DNA of 45,585 nucleotides from Alphaproteobacteria bacterium (GTDB lineage: Bacteria > Pseudomonadota > Alphaproteobacteria > UBA8317), in the NCBI GenBank assembly GCA_038131935.1, contig JAYPQH010000025.1:1-45585 (forward strand), read 5' to 3'. This document shows, piece by piece, positions 18,087 to 28,316 of the stretch. The notes below the pieces were generated by a model that was not told the origin of the DNA, did not search any database, and saw only the letters and a program-made list of their open reading frames with translations. The position numbers were made by a program, and so were the translations under genes. Every line of letters starts with the position of its first letter. Positions within the stretch are counted from its first letter, which is position 1.

Positions 18087-20170
18087 CAAGCTGGAACCTC
18101 AAACAACTTCTGAAACCAAGAGCTGTAGCCTTGATTGGGGCATCATCTCAACCCAATCGCGTTACAGCCCGACCATGGCAATTTCTGCGTGCTCATGACT
18201 TTGCAGGGGATATATTTCCTGTGAACCCGCAACGAACGGAGGTAGGAGGTCTCCCTTGCATTCCACATATTTCTGAACTTCCAAGCCATACAGACCACGC
18301 CTATATCCTCCTCAACACCCAACATGTTGAAGAGGCGTTACGCGCCTGTGGCCAACAAGGCATCAAAACAGTCAGCATATTGGCAGATGGTTTTGCAGAA
18401 CGTGGACCGGAAGGATTGCGTGCCCAACAACGACTTGTGGATATAGCAACGGACCATGGGATGGCCTTGATAGGTCCAAACTCCATGGGCATTGTTTACC
18501 AAAATGGGGGATTTGTCTGCACCACAAACGCAGCCTTCAAAGCTACCCCACTACGCTCTGGGCGATTTGCTGTTCTCTCTCAAAGCGGTAGTGTTATCGG
18601 TGCCATCCGTTCACGAGGCGATGCTGTTGGGGTTGGATTTGGTTGCTTTATTTCTCTAGGGAATGAGGCACAACTTGGTGTTGGAGAACTAGGCTGCCAA
18701 TTGGTTGATCATGAAGAATTTGATGGCTTTCTTCTCTTTTTAGAAACAATAAGAAGACCCGAAGCTTATGAAGAATTTGCAAACCGCGCCCGAAAGCTTG
18801 GAAAATCCATAACAGCATTCGTTGTCGGTCGCTCTGAGGCTGGAAAAAAATTGGCACAAGCACATACTGGCGCCATGGTAGCAGGGCCTAAGGCAATTGA
18901 TGCCTTCCTCAAAGGTCACGCTATTGATGTGGCAGAGAGTTTCTCGAGCCTTATCGAGATGCCTAGAGGATTACGGTTGCGCAAGCAGCAAGAAAACCGT
19001 CCAAAACATGCCATGGTCCTCACCACCACGGGAGGGGGTGGTGGCATGATGCTGGATCGGCTGGCCATGCATAATATTCCTCTCCAGGGCCCCTCTGAAC
19101 GCGTACGTCGATTGCTTGCAGACAAAGATATCAATATCTCAGCTGCTCCCTTGGTTGATGTAACCCTAGCAGGTGCACAATATGACATTATGCATGCCAT
19201 CATAACCGCATTATTGGCGGATCCAGACACCGGTCTTTTGGTTATTGCTATTGGCTCATCTGCTCAATTCAATCCTGAATTGGCGATACAACCCATTATT
19301 GACGCCATTCAACAGGCCTCTGAGAACAGACCTCCTGTTCTGGTCGCACCTATACCTCACGCGCCAGAGAGCCTACATCTGCTGGGTGCACATGATATTC
19401 CAGGCTTTGGCACCATAGAAAGCTGTGCTGCAACAGCAGCAAACATTATGCAACCTCGACGTGCTGTGGGCCGGCCATCCTCATCATCAAACCAAACCAC
19501 CAGATTGATAACCCATGATTTGCATGAAATTGAGGCTTATCAATTCTTAGAACCTCTTGGGTTTCAGGCTCCACCTTTTGCAATGATCAACTCTGTTGAT
19601 GCGCCATTCCCCAAGTTAGAATTTGAAGGACCTTTTGCCATCAAATTGGTAAGTCGTCAGATCGCACATAAATCAGATATAGGGGGCGTGAGATTAGGTC
19701 TTCAGACAATCGATGAGGTTAAACAGGCCATCCAAGATATGGATGCACATCTCAAAAGCAACCATCCAGATGTTAAGATAGACGGTTTCATGGTGAGCCA
19801 AATGGTATCAGGTATGGCAGAATTGATCATTGGCTATTTGATTGACCCTGTTGTCGGTCCAATGATCAATGTTGGTGCTGGGGGAATTTGGACCGAATTA
19901 CTCAATGACCACGCTACCAGGCCAGCCCCCATTGATACGGCAACGGCATTGGATATGCTGAATGAGTTGAAGATAACGTCTTTGCTTCGTGGCTATCGAG
20001 GAGCCGCCCCGGCAAACGTAGAACAAATAGCACATTTGATCTCCCAACTATCGCAATGCGCATGTAATCCAAGCATTCATGTTGCTGAAATTAACCCACT
20101 TGTGGTCCGCCCAGAGCCGTTAGCGCCTTTGATCTTGGATGCGTTAATACATACCTCCAACTGCGGATAA
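18083..20170 (+). CDS. ADP-forming acetate--CoA ligase family acyl-CoA synthetase (fused alpha/beta)
   Basis: VALIGAS, IGPNSMG, SQSG, SLGNEA, phospho-His AHTGA, ATP-grasp HKSDIGGV and EINPL. ATGA overlap with the upstream dehydrogenase. Confidence 0.92.
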   Translation: MTSWNLKQLLKPRAVALIGASSQPNRVTARPWQFLRAHDFAGDIFPVNPQRTEVGGLPCIPHISELPSHTDHAYILLNTQHVEEALRACGQQGIKTVSILADGFAERGPEGLRAQQRLVDIATDHGMALIGPNSMGIVYQNGGFVCTTNAAFKATPLRSGRFAVLSQSGSVIGAIRSRGDAVGVGFGCFISLGNEAQLGVGELGCQLVDHEEFDGFLLFLETIRRPEAYEEFANRARKLGKSITAFVVGRSEAGKKLAQAHTGAMVAGPKAIDAFLKGHAIDVAESFSSLIEMPRGLRLRKQQENRPKHAMVLTTTGGGGGMMLDRLAMHNIPLQGPSERVRRLLADKDINISAAPLVDVTLAGAQYDIMHAIITALLADPDTGLLVIAIGSSAQFNPELAIQPIIDAIQQASENRPPVLVAPIPHAPESLHLLGAHDIPGFGTIESCAATAANIMQPRRAVGRPSSSSNQTTRLITHDLHEIEAYQFLEPLGFQAPPFAMINSVDAPFPKLEFEGPFAIKLVSRQIAHKSDIGGVRLGLQTIDEVKQAIQDMDAHLKSNHPDVKIDGFMVSQMVSGMAELIIGYLIDPVVGPMINVGAGGIWTELLNDHATRPAPIDTATALDMLNELKITSLLRGYRGAAPANVEQIAHLISQLSQCACNPSIHVAEINPLVVRPEPLAPLILDALIHTSNCG

Positions 20171-20248
20171 AGGGGCTTGATAAAAGAGGTTTAGATCGTG
20201 GTATTTAGTTTCCAACCAACGTCGTCAGAGGATATGTAGGAGAGCATA

Positions 20249-21219
20249 ATGGAATATCGCCTTTTGGGACGCACCGGCATTCGTGTTTCTGAGTTATGTT
20301 TTGGAACCATGTCTTTTGCTGGCGATGCTGATGAAGCTGAAGCAGGCAGAATGTTCAGAGCATGTCGGCATGCAGGTATCAATTTTTTTGACTGTGCGGA
20401 TGGCTATGGCAGAGGCAAAGCGGAAACCATATTAGGGCGCCTCATGAAAGGTTGCCGTGATGAACTGGTTATCACAACGAAATGTTTCAATGATATGTCG
20501 CCGGATATCAATCATGGCGGGGAAACCGAAGGCATATTTTACGCGCCGTCGAGGCTAGTTTGCATAGACTTGATACAGATCGTATTGATATTTTGTTCAT
20601 GCATCGTTTCGAGCCTCACGTCCCCCTTGAAGAAACCCTCCGTGCCCTCGAAAAACTGGTTGATGACGGGAAAGTTCTGTATCTTGGCGCAAGCAATTAT
20701 GCTGCTTGGCAAATTGCCAAAGCCTTAGGAATTTCTGCCAAGAATCAATGGCCAAGATTTGATGTCATCCAACCTATGTACTCCCTCGTCAAACGCCAAG
20801 TTGAGGTCGAGATACTTCCCCTCGCAAAATCTGAAGGCTTAGGCGTGATCACATACTCACCACTTGGTGGTGGGCTACTCACAGGAAAATATAACGCTAG
20901 CGAAAAACCTCAAACCGCCCGTTTGGTGACAAATAAAGACTATGCCAGACGGTATAGCGAGGATTGGGTCTACAAAACAGCAGAGGCCTTTGGTCGCTTT
21001 GCCAGACAACAATCCGTGCACCCTGTCACCCTTGCAGTGGCTTGGGCTGGATCACATCCAGACATTACCTGTCCGATCATTGGAGCCCGGGATGAGGAGC
21101 AGCTACAGCCTTCTCTGGATGCCATTGGCTATCGTCTTTCCCCAGAACTACGCCAGCAAATAAGCGATTTATCCCGAACCCCTGCCCCGGCTACAGACCG
21201 TTGGGAAGAGTTGCTTTAA
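20249..21219 (+). CDS. Aldo/keto reductase, frameshift in the G run near 20520
   Basis: LGRTGIRVSELCFGTM and FFDCADGY, then in the next frame SLHRLDTDRID, GKVLYLGASN, YSPLGGGLLTGKY and PIIGAR. Confidence 0.92.
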
Positions 21220-21221
21220 GC

Positions 21222-22199
21222 ATGTTTACCTATGAAAACGCACGCTATCTCTTCCTAGATATCGTCAATGTTTCATGGTCTCTTTTTCGGGTGATGATTC
21301 CTACAATTATCATCGTTAAGATCTTAACTATTTTGGGGTTGGTGGATTTGCTCGCACACACGCTTGCCCCCTTGATGATGTTTTTGGGTTTGCCTGCTGA
21401 AGCTGCCATTGTGTTGACCACAACCATGCTTACAAACCCGTATGCAGGTCTTATGGTCTTTGCAACGACCCCTGAGCTACAAAGCCTCTCAGTTGCACAA
21501 ACCACGACCATGGCAAGTTTTATGCTCGTGGCACATTCACTCCCCGTCGAATGTGCCATTATGCGTCGTGCAGGATTGCGCTTGCGCGTGAGTGTAACGC
21601 TGCGGGTGTTCATGGCTTTCACCATGGGGTTTCTTGTTTATCAACTCTCAGAAATAGCAAACCTATGGACAGATCTAGCCATTATCCAATTGCCCTCAAT
21701 ACCACAATCTTCCAGCCTTGCTGGGTGGGTCTATGACCAATTTATGGGGCTTATCTTTATTCAAATCGTGATTGCCGTTCTGCTCTGCTTGCTGGCACTT
21801 TTACGGGCAGTAAAGATTGAACATGTTATTCATCAGTTTATGGGACCCTTTCTACGTATGATGAATATCTCCAACAAAGCATCTCACATCGCCGTCATAG
21901 GCGTTACGTTGGGGGTTGGTTTTGGGGGCGGTATTCTGATCAAGGAGGTTGATAGTCAAAAGATTGACAAAAAAGATGTATTTGGGGTCTTAATTTTTGT
22001 GGGCTTGTTGCACAGCATATTTGAAGATACCGCGGTTGCAATGCTGATTGGCCCCAACTTATGGGTTATTCTATTTGGCAGAATTTTTCTTGCGGTTTTG
22101 GTTACCATCTTGCTTACGCAACTATGTCGTCAAGCACCTTCATGGGTTTGGAGAGGATATCTAACCAACCGTTACGCACCAGAAATTACCACAAGGTAG
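21222..22199 (+). CDS. Nucleoside-recognition (Gate) domain membrane protein
   Basis: Two repeated hydrophobic halves carrying AHSLPVE and LHSIFED motifs and GLPAEAA. It starts 2 nt after the AKR stop. Confidence 0.75.
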   Translation: MFTYENARYLFLDIVNVSWSLFRVMIPTIIIVKILTILGLVDLLAHTLAPLMMFLGLPAEAAIVLTTTMLTNPYAGLMVFATTPELQSLSVAQTTTMASFMLVAHSLPVECAIMRRAGLRLRVSVTLRVFMAFTMGFLVYQLSEIANLWTDLAIIQLPSIPQSSSLAGWVYDQFMGLIFIQIVIAVLLCLLALLRAVKIEHVIHQFMGPFLRMMNISNKASHIAVIGVTLGVGFGGGILIKEVDSQKIDKKDVFGVLIFVGLLHSIFEDTAVAMLIGPNLWVILFGRIFLAVLVTILLTQLCRQAPSWVWRGYLTNRYAPEITTR

Positions 22200-22223
22200 G
22201 TGACCGTCAAAAAAGTAGCTTTT

Positions 22224-22257
22224 TGCAAGCCCCGTTTTTAATCTTAGGGGGCTTGCA
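22224..22257. terminator. Stem-loop between convergent genes, putative terminator
   Basis: 10-bp stem TGCAAGCCCC...GGGGCTTGCA. There is no strong adjacent U tract on either strand. Confidence 0.5.
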
Positions 22258-22276
22258 GCTATTCACTATCAAGATA

Positions 22277-23494
22277 TCAAATGATACCACGGTCCTGTAG
22301 ATCTTTGATCATATCCTCATCAAAACCCAATTTTTCCGAAAGATACTCAGATGTATGCTGCCCCAATAAAGGTGGAGCATGACGGTAAGATACGGGGGTC
22401 TCCGATAGCTTAATGGGGCTTGCAATGAGTTTTGCAGGACGCTCACCCGTTGCTGGGTGTTGCATATCCACCACCATCTCGCGATGCTGCACCTGGGGGT
22501 CGGCAAAAACTTGATGCAGATCGTTAATGGGGGAACATCCCACCTTAACTTTTTCTAATTCCGTTAACCACCAAGAAGATGGTTTGGTCTTGGTCACCTC
22601 ATTCAGGGTTTGGGTCACAACATCGCGATGGCGCACGCGTTCCGGTCCCGTTGCAAAGCGGGGATCTTCCAACAAATCTGTTCGGCCAGCAACTTCCAAG
22701 AAACGAACAAAAGTAGGATCATTTCCAACCGATAAGACGAAGAACCCATCAGCTGATGGCATAACTTGATAAGGCACGATGGAGGGGTGGTTATTCCCCA
22801 AACGTGGTGGCAGCTCACCCGTAGCCAAATAACTCATTCCCTGATTGGCCAACCAAGAGACATGCACATCCAACATGGAAATATCAACATGCTGCCCCTG
22901 GCCACTGGTCATTTGATGCCGCAATGCCGCAAGAATAGAGACGGTGGCATACATACCTGACATGATATCAGCTATCGATACACCAACTTTCATGGGTTCA
23001 CCTTCAGGATCACCTGTCAAACTCATTACCCCGCCCATGGCTTGCACCAAGGCGTCATATCCTGGCCGCGCTGCATAGGGACCTGTTTGCCCAAATCCTG
23101 TTATGGAACAATAGATAAGATGGGGGAATTCCGCTTTAAGGTCTTCATAGCCCAAGCCATATTTATGAAGTGTACCTGTTTTAAAATTTTCAACCAAGAT
23201 ATCACAGTCAGCAATCAATTTTCTAGCGATCTGCTGGCCTTCTGGATCAGCAAGATTAAGTGTAATTGATCTTTTGTTTCTATTTGCGCCCGCAAAATAG
23301 GCGCTTTCCGCTGTCTCATTGCCCGTATCATCTTGAAGATAAGGAGGGGCAAAGTTACGGGTATCATCCCCGACACCAGGACGCTCAATTTTAATAATAT
23401 CAGCGCCCAAATCCCCCAATATTTGGGTACATGTTGGGCCTGCTAACACCCTTGTTAGATCAAAAACCTTTACACCCGTTAATGGCCCAGCCAT
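22277..23494 (-). CDS. Class III (CaiB/BaiF) CoA-transferase
   Basis: DLTRVLAGP, GDLGADIIKIE, NRNKRS, LVENF, SITGFGQTGPY, catalytic Asp in SIADIMSG, and PPLLGQHT. Start placed at MAGPLTG. Confidence 0.94.
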   Translation of the reverse strand: MAGPLTGVKVFDLTRVLAGPTCTQILGDLGADIIKIERPGVGDDTRNFAPPYLQDDTGNETAESAYFAGANRNKRSITLNLADPEGQQIARKLIADCDILVENFKTGTLHKYGLGYEDLKAEFPHLIYCSITGFGQTGPYAARPGYDALVQAMGGVMSLTGDPEGEPMKVGVSIADIMSGMYATVSILAALRHQMTSGQGQHVDISMLDVHVSWLANQGMSYLATGELPPRLGNNHPSIVPYQVMPSADGFFVLSVGNDPTFVRFLEVAGRTDLLEDPRFATGPERVRHRDVVTQTLNEVTKTKPSSWWLTELEKVKVGCSPINDLHQVFADPQVQHREMVVDMQHPATGERPAKLIASPIKLSETPVSYRHAPPLLGQHTSEYLSEKLGFDEDMIKDLQDRGII

Positions 23495-23572
23495 TTTTTT
23501 TCCTTTCATACTTCCATCAATGCCGTGACCCATAAGGTCATCATTACCCAATGAAATAACCTTTTATGGGCT

Positions 23573-24715
23573 TCACCCTAGTCCTGGCACAAGAATTTGA
23601 CGGACAACCTCGCCTTGGTCCAATCTATCGAATGCCTCATTAACCTGATCAAATCCAATATGGCCATCGATCAATTTTTCTACAGGTAAGCGACCTTGCT
23701 GCTGTAACGCAATATATCTAGGGATATCACGAACAGGAACGCAGGAACCCATGTAACTACCCAATATTGATTTTTCTTCTGATACTAAGCTGGCATGCTC
23801 GAAACAAAATTCAGAACCAGCAGGAGATAAACCTGCGGTCACAAGCGCACCTCCACGGCGTAGAATATTGTATGCAGTTTTCATGGCCGGGATCGCCCCA
23901 GCAAGCTCAATCGCGTAATCAACGCCACCATTGGTAAGATCGCGCACATTTTCAACGCAATGTGGATCAGAGGCATCGAATGCATGGGTTGCACCCAAGG
24001 TCAACGCCCGTTCGCACTTTCGCTTATCTATATCAATGGCAATAATGGTTTCTGCACCTGCGACTTTGGCACCCATAACCCCATTAAGGCCAACACCTCC
24101 TAGACCAACCACAGCAACGTGATCACCTGTCCGAATACGTGCAGTATTGACGGCTGCTCCCATGCCCGTCATCACCGCACAACCAAACAAGGCGGCATCA
24201 GCCAAAGGTATGGACCGGTCAACCACCACCACAGAACCACGATCAACGACCGCATATTCAGAAAAGCAAGATACACCTGTATGATGCCCAATGACATTAC
24301 CTTCCGCGTCACGGATGCGGCTTCCACCACCCATCAATTCATTTTTCATGTTGGCAGCTTTGTGGGTGGTACAAATTTGAGGACGACCCTCAAGACATGA
24401 CCGGCAACGGCCACAGCTTGCAGAAAATTGAAACACCACATGGTCACCTACCTTCACATCATGAATTGCGGAGCCAAGTTCTACCACCTCACCAGCGCCT
24501 TCATGCCCCAAAAGCATAGGCATTTTGCGTGGCCGTGATCCATTAATGACAGATAAATCAGAATGGCAAAGACCACCTCCCGCAATTTTCACAAGTATTT
24601 CATTTGCTTGGGGTGGCATTAACGTCACCTCTTCAACAGAGAGTGGGCGACTTTGGCTGAAAGGCGCGGGGAGACCTGTTTGCCTCAATACAACTGCTTT
24701 TGATGTGATCGTCAC
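23573..24715 (-). CDS. Zinc-dependent alcohol dehydrogenase
   Basis: GLCHSD, LGHEGAG, structural Zn site CGRCRSC...C, LFGCAVMTG and GLGGVG. Confidence 0.94.
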   Translation of the reverse strand: MTITSKAVVLRQTGLPAPFSQSRPLSVEEVTLMPPQANEILVKIAGGGLCHSDLSVINGSRPRKMPMLLGHEGAGEVVELGSAIHDVKVGDHVVFQFSASCGRCRSCLEGRPQICTTHKAANMKNELMGGGSRIRDAEGNVIGHHTGVSCFSEYAVVDRGSVVVVDRSIPLADAALFGCAVMTGMGAAVNTARIRTGDHVAVVGLGGVGLNGVMGAKVAGAETIIAIDIDKRKCERALTLGATHAFDASDPHCVENVRDLTNGGVDYAIELAGAIPAMKTAYNILRRGGALVTAGLSPAGSEFCFEHASLVSEEKSILGSYMGSCVPVRDIPRYIALQQQGRLPVEKLIDGHIGFDQVNEAFDRLDQGEVVRQILVPGLG

Positions 24716-24772
24716 CTCGAATTCCTCCTCATGTTATCTGTTGTTTGGCTTTGAAATAGATGCCCTTGATGA

Positions 24773-24796
24773 ATGACGACTGTCATAAATAATGAC
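24773..24796. promoter_or_regulatory. Overlapping dyads ATGAC-N4-GTCAT-N5-ATGAC in the ADH/amidase divergent region
   Basis: Read directly from the sequence. It contains GTCA-N7-TGAC, as at 2157-2171. Confidence 0.35.
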
Positions 24797-24852
24797 TAGA
24801 CGCCCCTTACTCTCCTAGCCTAGCTTAACAGCGTCAAGAGGAGAAGAGTGCC

Positions 24853-26298
24853 ATGAGCAAAACAAGGACCTACAGCGGATCTGAAGCAACCAGTTGGACC
24901 GCGTGCGAAGCTGTCGAAAAATTGATGACCGGCGAAGTTACCCCAACCGAACTTATCGATGCCGCCGTAACCCGAATAGAACAAGTCGATGGTGCCGTGA
25001 ATGCCGTCGTCACGGTTTGTGCTGAACGAGCTAAAGAAAAAGCACTTCATATCAAACCTCATGACCCTAAAGACAAAGCCGGTTATCTTGCAGGATTACC
25101 CCTTGGGATAAAAGACCTCACTGCCGTGGAAGGCGTGCGCACAACTTTTGGCAATATGGCATATCGAGATCATGTACCCACATTTTCTGATCCCGTGGTG
25201 GAAAAAATTGAACATCGCGGCGGCATCATTTTAGGCAAAACCAACACCCCAGAGTTTGGCGCTGGAGCCAATACCTTCAATGAAGTTTTTGGTATGACAC
25301 GAAACCCTTACGACACCCGACTTAATGCCGGGGGTTCCTCTGGGGGGGCTGCTGTTTCTCTTGCAACTGGCTGCTTATGGCTAAGCCATGGAACTGATCT
25401 AGCTGGCTCTTTAAGAACCCCAGCAAGCTTCAACAACGTTGTTGGGCTGCGCCCCACACCAGGTCGATGTGCCAGCCTATCTCCTGCCACGTTTTTGGTA
25501 GAGGGCGCAGCAGGCCCCATGGCCAGAAATATCCATGACCTCGCCCTATTCTTGGATGCCATGACAGGGACAGATGATAGAATACCACTAAGCCTTGAAC
25601 GACCCACACGCAGTTTTTTAGATAGTTGTGAAGACAAAACGCGTCAGCTCAAAATTGCGTTCTCAGTGGACCAAGGTAAATTTGCCCCGGTTGAATCTAA
25701 TATTCGAGACGTCCTTCAACATGCCCTTGGGCAAATATCTCAAGGGGGGCATATCGTTGAAGATTTTTGCCCAGAGCTTCCATCGCTGTATGAAACTTAT
25801 GTGACCATCCGTGGCATTCACTATGCATCTATACCCGCAAGCCAACCTGCTCATGTCCAAAAATATTATAAAAAAACATTAGCCGACAACGTAGCGTCTG
25901 GGCTTGCGTTAAATCCAGAACAAATTTTTGCATGCCAGCGCCAGCGAACTGTTCTGGTTAGAAAAATGGCGGAATTTTTTGCAACATTTGATTTGCTCGC
26001 AATACCCGTCACCGGCATTGCCCCAGGCCCCGTTGAGGTGGAATACCCTTTATTTGTCGATAATCAGCCACAAGAAGATTATGTTGATTGGTTAAGGTTC
26101 TCTTTTTTAGCCACAACCTGTGGTCTTCCTGCCCTAAGTCTACCTGCGGGCTTTACCGAGGATGGACTACCTGTTGGCATCCAATTGATAGGCAAGCCTC
26201 GTGGTGAAGCCCAATTGCTTCACGCTGGTCGGATGATTGAAGATATTCTCAATATCCCCTCATCACCCATTGATCCCAATATCCGTCATGAGTGCTAG
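24853..26298 (+). CDS. Amidase-signature family amidase
   Basis: GIKDL, GKTNTPEFGAG, AGGSSGGAA, GTDLAGSLRTPA and GLPVGIQL. Confidence 0.93.
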   Translation: MSKTRTYSGSEATSWTACEAVEKLMTGEVTPTELIDAAVTRIEQVDGAVNAVVTVCAERAKEKALHIKPHDPKDKAGYLAGLPLGIKDLTAVEGVRTTFGNMAYRDHVPTFSDPVVEKIEHRGGIILGKTNTPEFGAGANTFNEVFGMTRNPYDTRLNAGGSSGGAAVSLATGCLWLSHGTDLAGSLRTPASFNNVVGLRPTPGRCASLSPATFLVEGAAGPMARNIHDLALFLDAMTGTDDRIPLSLERPTRSFLDSCEDKTRQLKIAFSVDQGKFAPVESNIRDVLQHALGQISQGGHIVEDFCPELPSLYETYVTIRGIHYASIPASQPAHVQKYYKKTLADNVASGLALNPEQIFACQRQRTVLVRKMAEFFATFDLLAIPVTGIAPGPVEVEYPLFVDNQPQEDYVDWLRFSFLATTCGLPALSLPAGFTEDGLPVGIQLIGKPRGEAQLLHAGRMIEDILNIPSSPIDPNIRHEC

Positions 26299-26414
26299 GC
26301 ATAACCTTATCGCGTCAATATTCAAATCTTGTCCGGAAATATCTAGAGCATACGCATCGTTGTCCTAATAGGAAAAACATGTGTGGGCCACCATTTCCTA
26401 AAAGCACTGCTTTT

Positions 26415-26501
26415 CATGAGGCAGACAATACAGTAAAGAAACAAAGCAGGGTAATAACCACCCCCCATTAAGATAATTCCCTCTTTATTGTCTGTCTCAT
26501 G
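26415..26501. repeat. 16-bp inverted repeat enclosing 55 nt, upstream of the MFS gene
   Basis: CATGAGGCAGACAATA (26415-26430) versus TATTGTCTGTCTCATG (26486-26501). The single mismatch would be a G:U pair in a plus-strand RNA. Confidence 0.7.
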
Positions 26502-26535
26502 GATGCGGATACAGATACCGAAAGCCACATAGTAA

Positions 26536-27723
26536 ATGTCCCAACGTGAATTTATTGCCATTATGGCGCTGTTGATAGGCTTAAGCGCATTGGCCATCGA
26601 CATTACCCTTCCCGCACTGCCCCTCATTGCCGAGGATTATGCATTGCTCCGAAAGGAAGATGCGCAACAAATTTTAACCATTTTTTTCCTTGGATTTGGG
26701 ATGGGACAGCTAATAGCTGGGCCTGTATCTGACAGTTTTGGCCGCAAACCCATTCTTTTGATTGGCATTACTATCTATATTGGATCTGCCATCGCCAGCA
26801 CTTTTGTAACATCATTTGAGGGTTTAATTGTCCTACGCTTTCTTCAAGGCATAGGTGCCGCCGCACCTCGTGTGCTCGCCCTGGCGATCGTACGTGATTG
26901 TTATTCTGGGCGGACAATGGGGCGCATCATGTCACTTTGCATCATGACATTTCTGGTCATTCCTATTCTTGCACCAGCCATTGGCCAAGGCTTTATTATA
27001 GTTGCAGGATGGACAAGTATTTTTTGGGTTTTGGCCATTGTGGGCATCTTGGCGTGGATGTGGGTTTACCAGCGGCTGCAAGAAACCAATAGCAACACAA
27101 AAGCATTTCGCATGATATCGATTTACCGTGATGCCAAAATTATCCTACGTACACCCCAAACGGTAGGCTATAGTTTAGCTGCCAGTTTTACCCTTGGCAC
27201 CCTTTTCTCTTATTTGGCATCATCTGCAGATATACTGGGCATAAGATATGATTTGGGAGAGTTGTTTCCCATTGTTTTTGGCAGCCTTGCAGCGGGAATG
27301 ATGGTTGGCTCCTTCATCAATGCAAAGCTTGTGATCAAATATGGGCTAAGGCGCGTATCACATATAGCCTTGTTCTGTTACGCCTGCTCAGGAATAGGCA
27401 TGATGATCTTAGACCATATTTGGCCAGATTTGTTGCTTGGTTTTTACATCCTGTCCGCATGCATGCTCGTCACGTTCACCTTTATCATGTCAAATTTTAA
27501 TACCATTGCTTTGGACCCCCATGGTACCATGTCTGGATTGGCGTCATCACTGGTATCTGCCACAACAACCACATTAGGTGGGATGATTGCTTGGAGCACT
27601 GGTTTTCTACCGCTTAATGCAGCGTCGCCTTTAGGCATGGTGATTTTCATTTGCACAATCCTAGCAGGGATAAGTATTTATTCTGTAAGGCAGCATGTCA
27701 TTATCTCAAGTGAAACGCAGTGA
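26536..27723 (+). CDS. Bcr/CflA-family multidrug efflux MFS transporter
   Basis: ALAIDITLPALP, motif A GPVSDSFGRKP, RFLQGIG, IVRDCY and PILAPAIG. About 12 TM segments. Confidence 0.93.
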   Translation: MSQREFIAIMALLIGLSALAIDITLPALPLIAEDYALLRKEDAQQILTIFFLGFGMGQLIAGPVSDSFGRKPILLIGITIYIGSAIASTFVTSFEGLIVLRFLQGIGAAAPRVLALAIVRDCYSGRTMGRIMSLCIMTFLVIPILAPAIGQGFIIVAGWTSIFWVLAIVGILAWMWVYQRLQETNSNTKAFRMISIYRDAKIILRTPQTVGYSLAASFTLGTLFSYLASSADILGIRYDLGELFPIVFGSLAAGMMVGSFINAKLVIKYGLRRVSHIALFCYACSGIGMMILDHIWPDLLLGFYILSACMLVTFTFIMSNFNTIALDPHGTMSGLASSLVSATTTTLGGMIAWSTGFLPLNAASPLGMVIFICTILAGISIYSVRQHVIISSETQ

Positions 27724-27734
27724 GTTAAAAATTA

Positions 27735-28075
27735 ATGGACTTTCAAAAACTCAAGACTTTTGTGGCTGATGCACAAGAGGGTGGGTTTTTTTGCAGCCGC
27801 GTCATCTTTAAGTGTATCTAAAAGTTTGTGCTTGAAACATCTCAATGACCTCGAAGAAGTTCTTGGGTGTGGCTTATTTCATTGAACAACACGCGCATGA
27901 TCACATACCACCGCTGGGGACCATTACTACGATCGGATTGTTCAAATTCTTTCTGATTTTCCAAATATTCGCGTTGACCTGCATTGTTCTGATGTCCAAG
28001 AAGATATTGTCGGCCGTGGCTTTGATATGGCTGTTCGAATTGCAACCCTTAATGTTTCTAAGCTTTCGGTGAGCA
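27735..28075 (+). pseudogene. Decayed LysR-family regulator (3' limit uncertain)
   Basis: Hand translation: MDFQKLKTFV...GGFF/AAASSLSVSKSLCLKHLNDLEEVLGCGLFH*TTRA*SHTTAGDHYYDRIVQILSD|FPNIRVDLHCSDVQEDIVGRGFDMAVRI. This is a LysR HTH plus the start of a CrgA-like sensor domain, with a frameshift, two stops and an internal deletion. Confidence 0.85.
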
Positions 28076-28316
28076 CAAATTTAAAAATCTGGGCAATGAA
28101 AACCTCTCCTCAGCAATGGCTCTTTGCGCACATTGCCAATTTCTGCCGTAATGGTTCAAAAACGTTTAAGAAGTGGCGTTCAGCGCATCTTACTTGAGCA
28201 TTTCAAACGAGATATTGCGGCAAGATTACAACATCTATCATCAGTTTAGACTTTTCATCATGCTTTGATTATGGCATCAAATCTTAACAATAAAAAATGG
28301 ATAAAGGTGCAGCAGC

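Noticed and set aside
26320-26510. SRP, 6S or tmRNA identity for the structured intergenic region
   Set aside because: Conserved SRP loop (CAGG...GGAAGCAG) and tmRNA tRNA-like motifs are absent. It is kept only as an unassigned structure.
27842-28072. ORFs 27842-28045 (-) and 27845-28072 (+)
   Set aside because: They are off-frame shadows of the LysR pseudogene.
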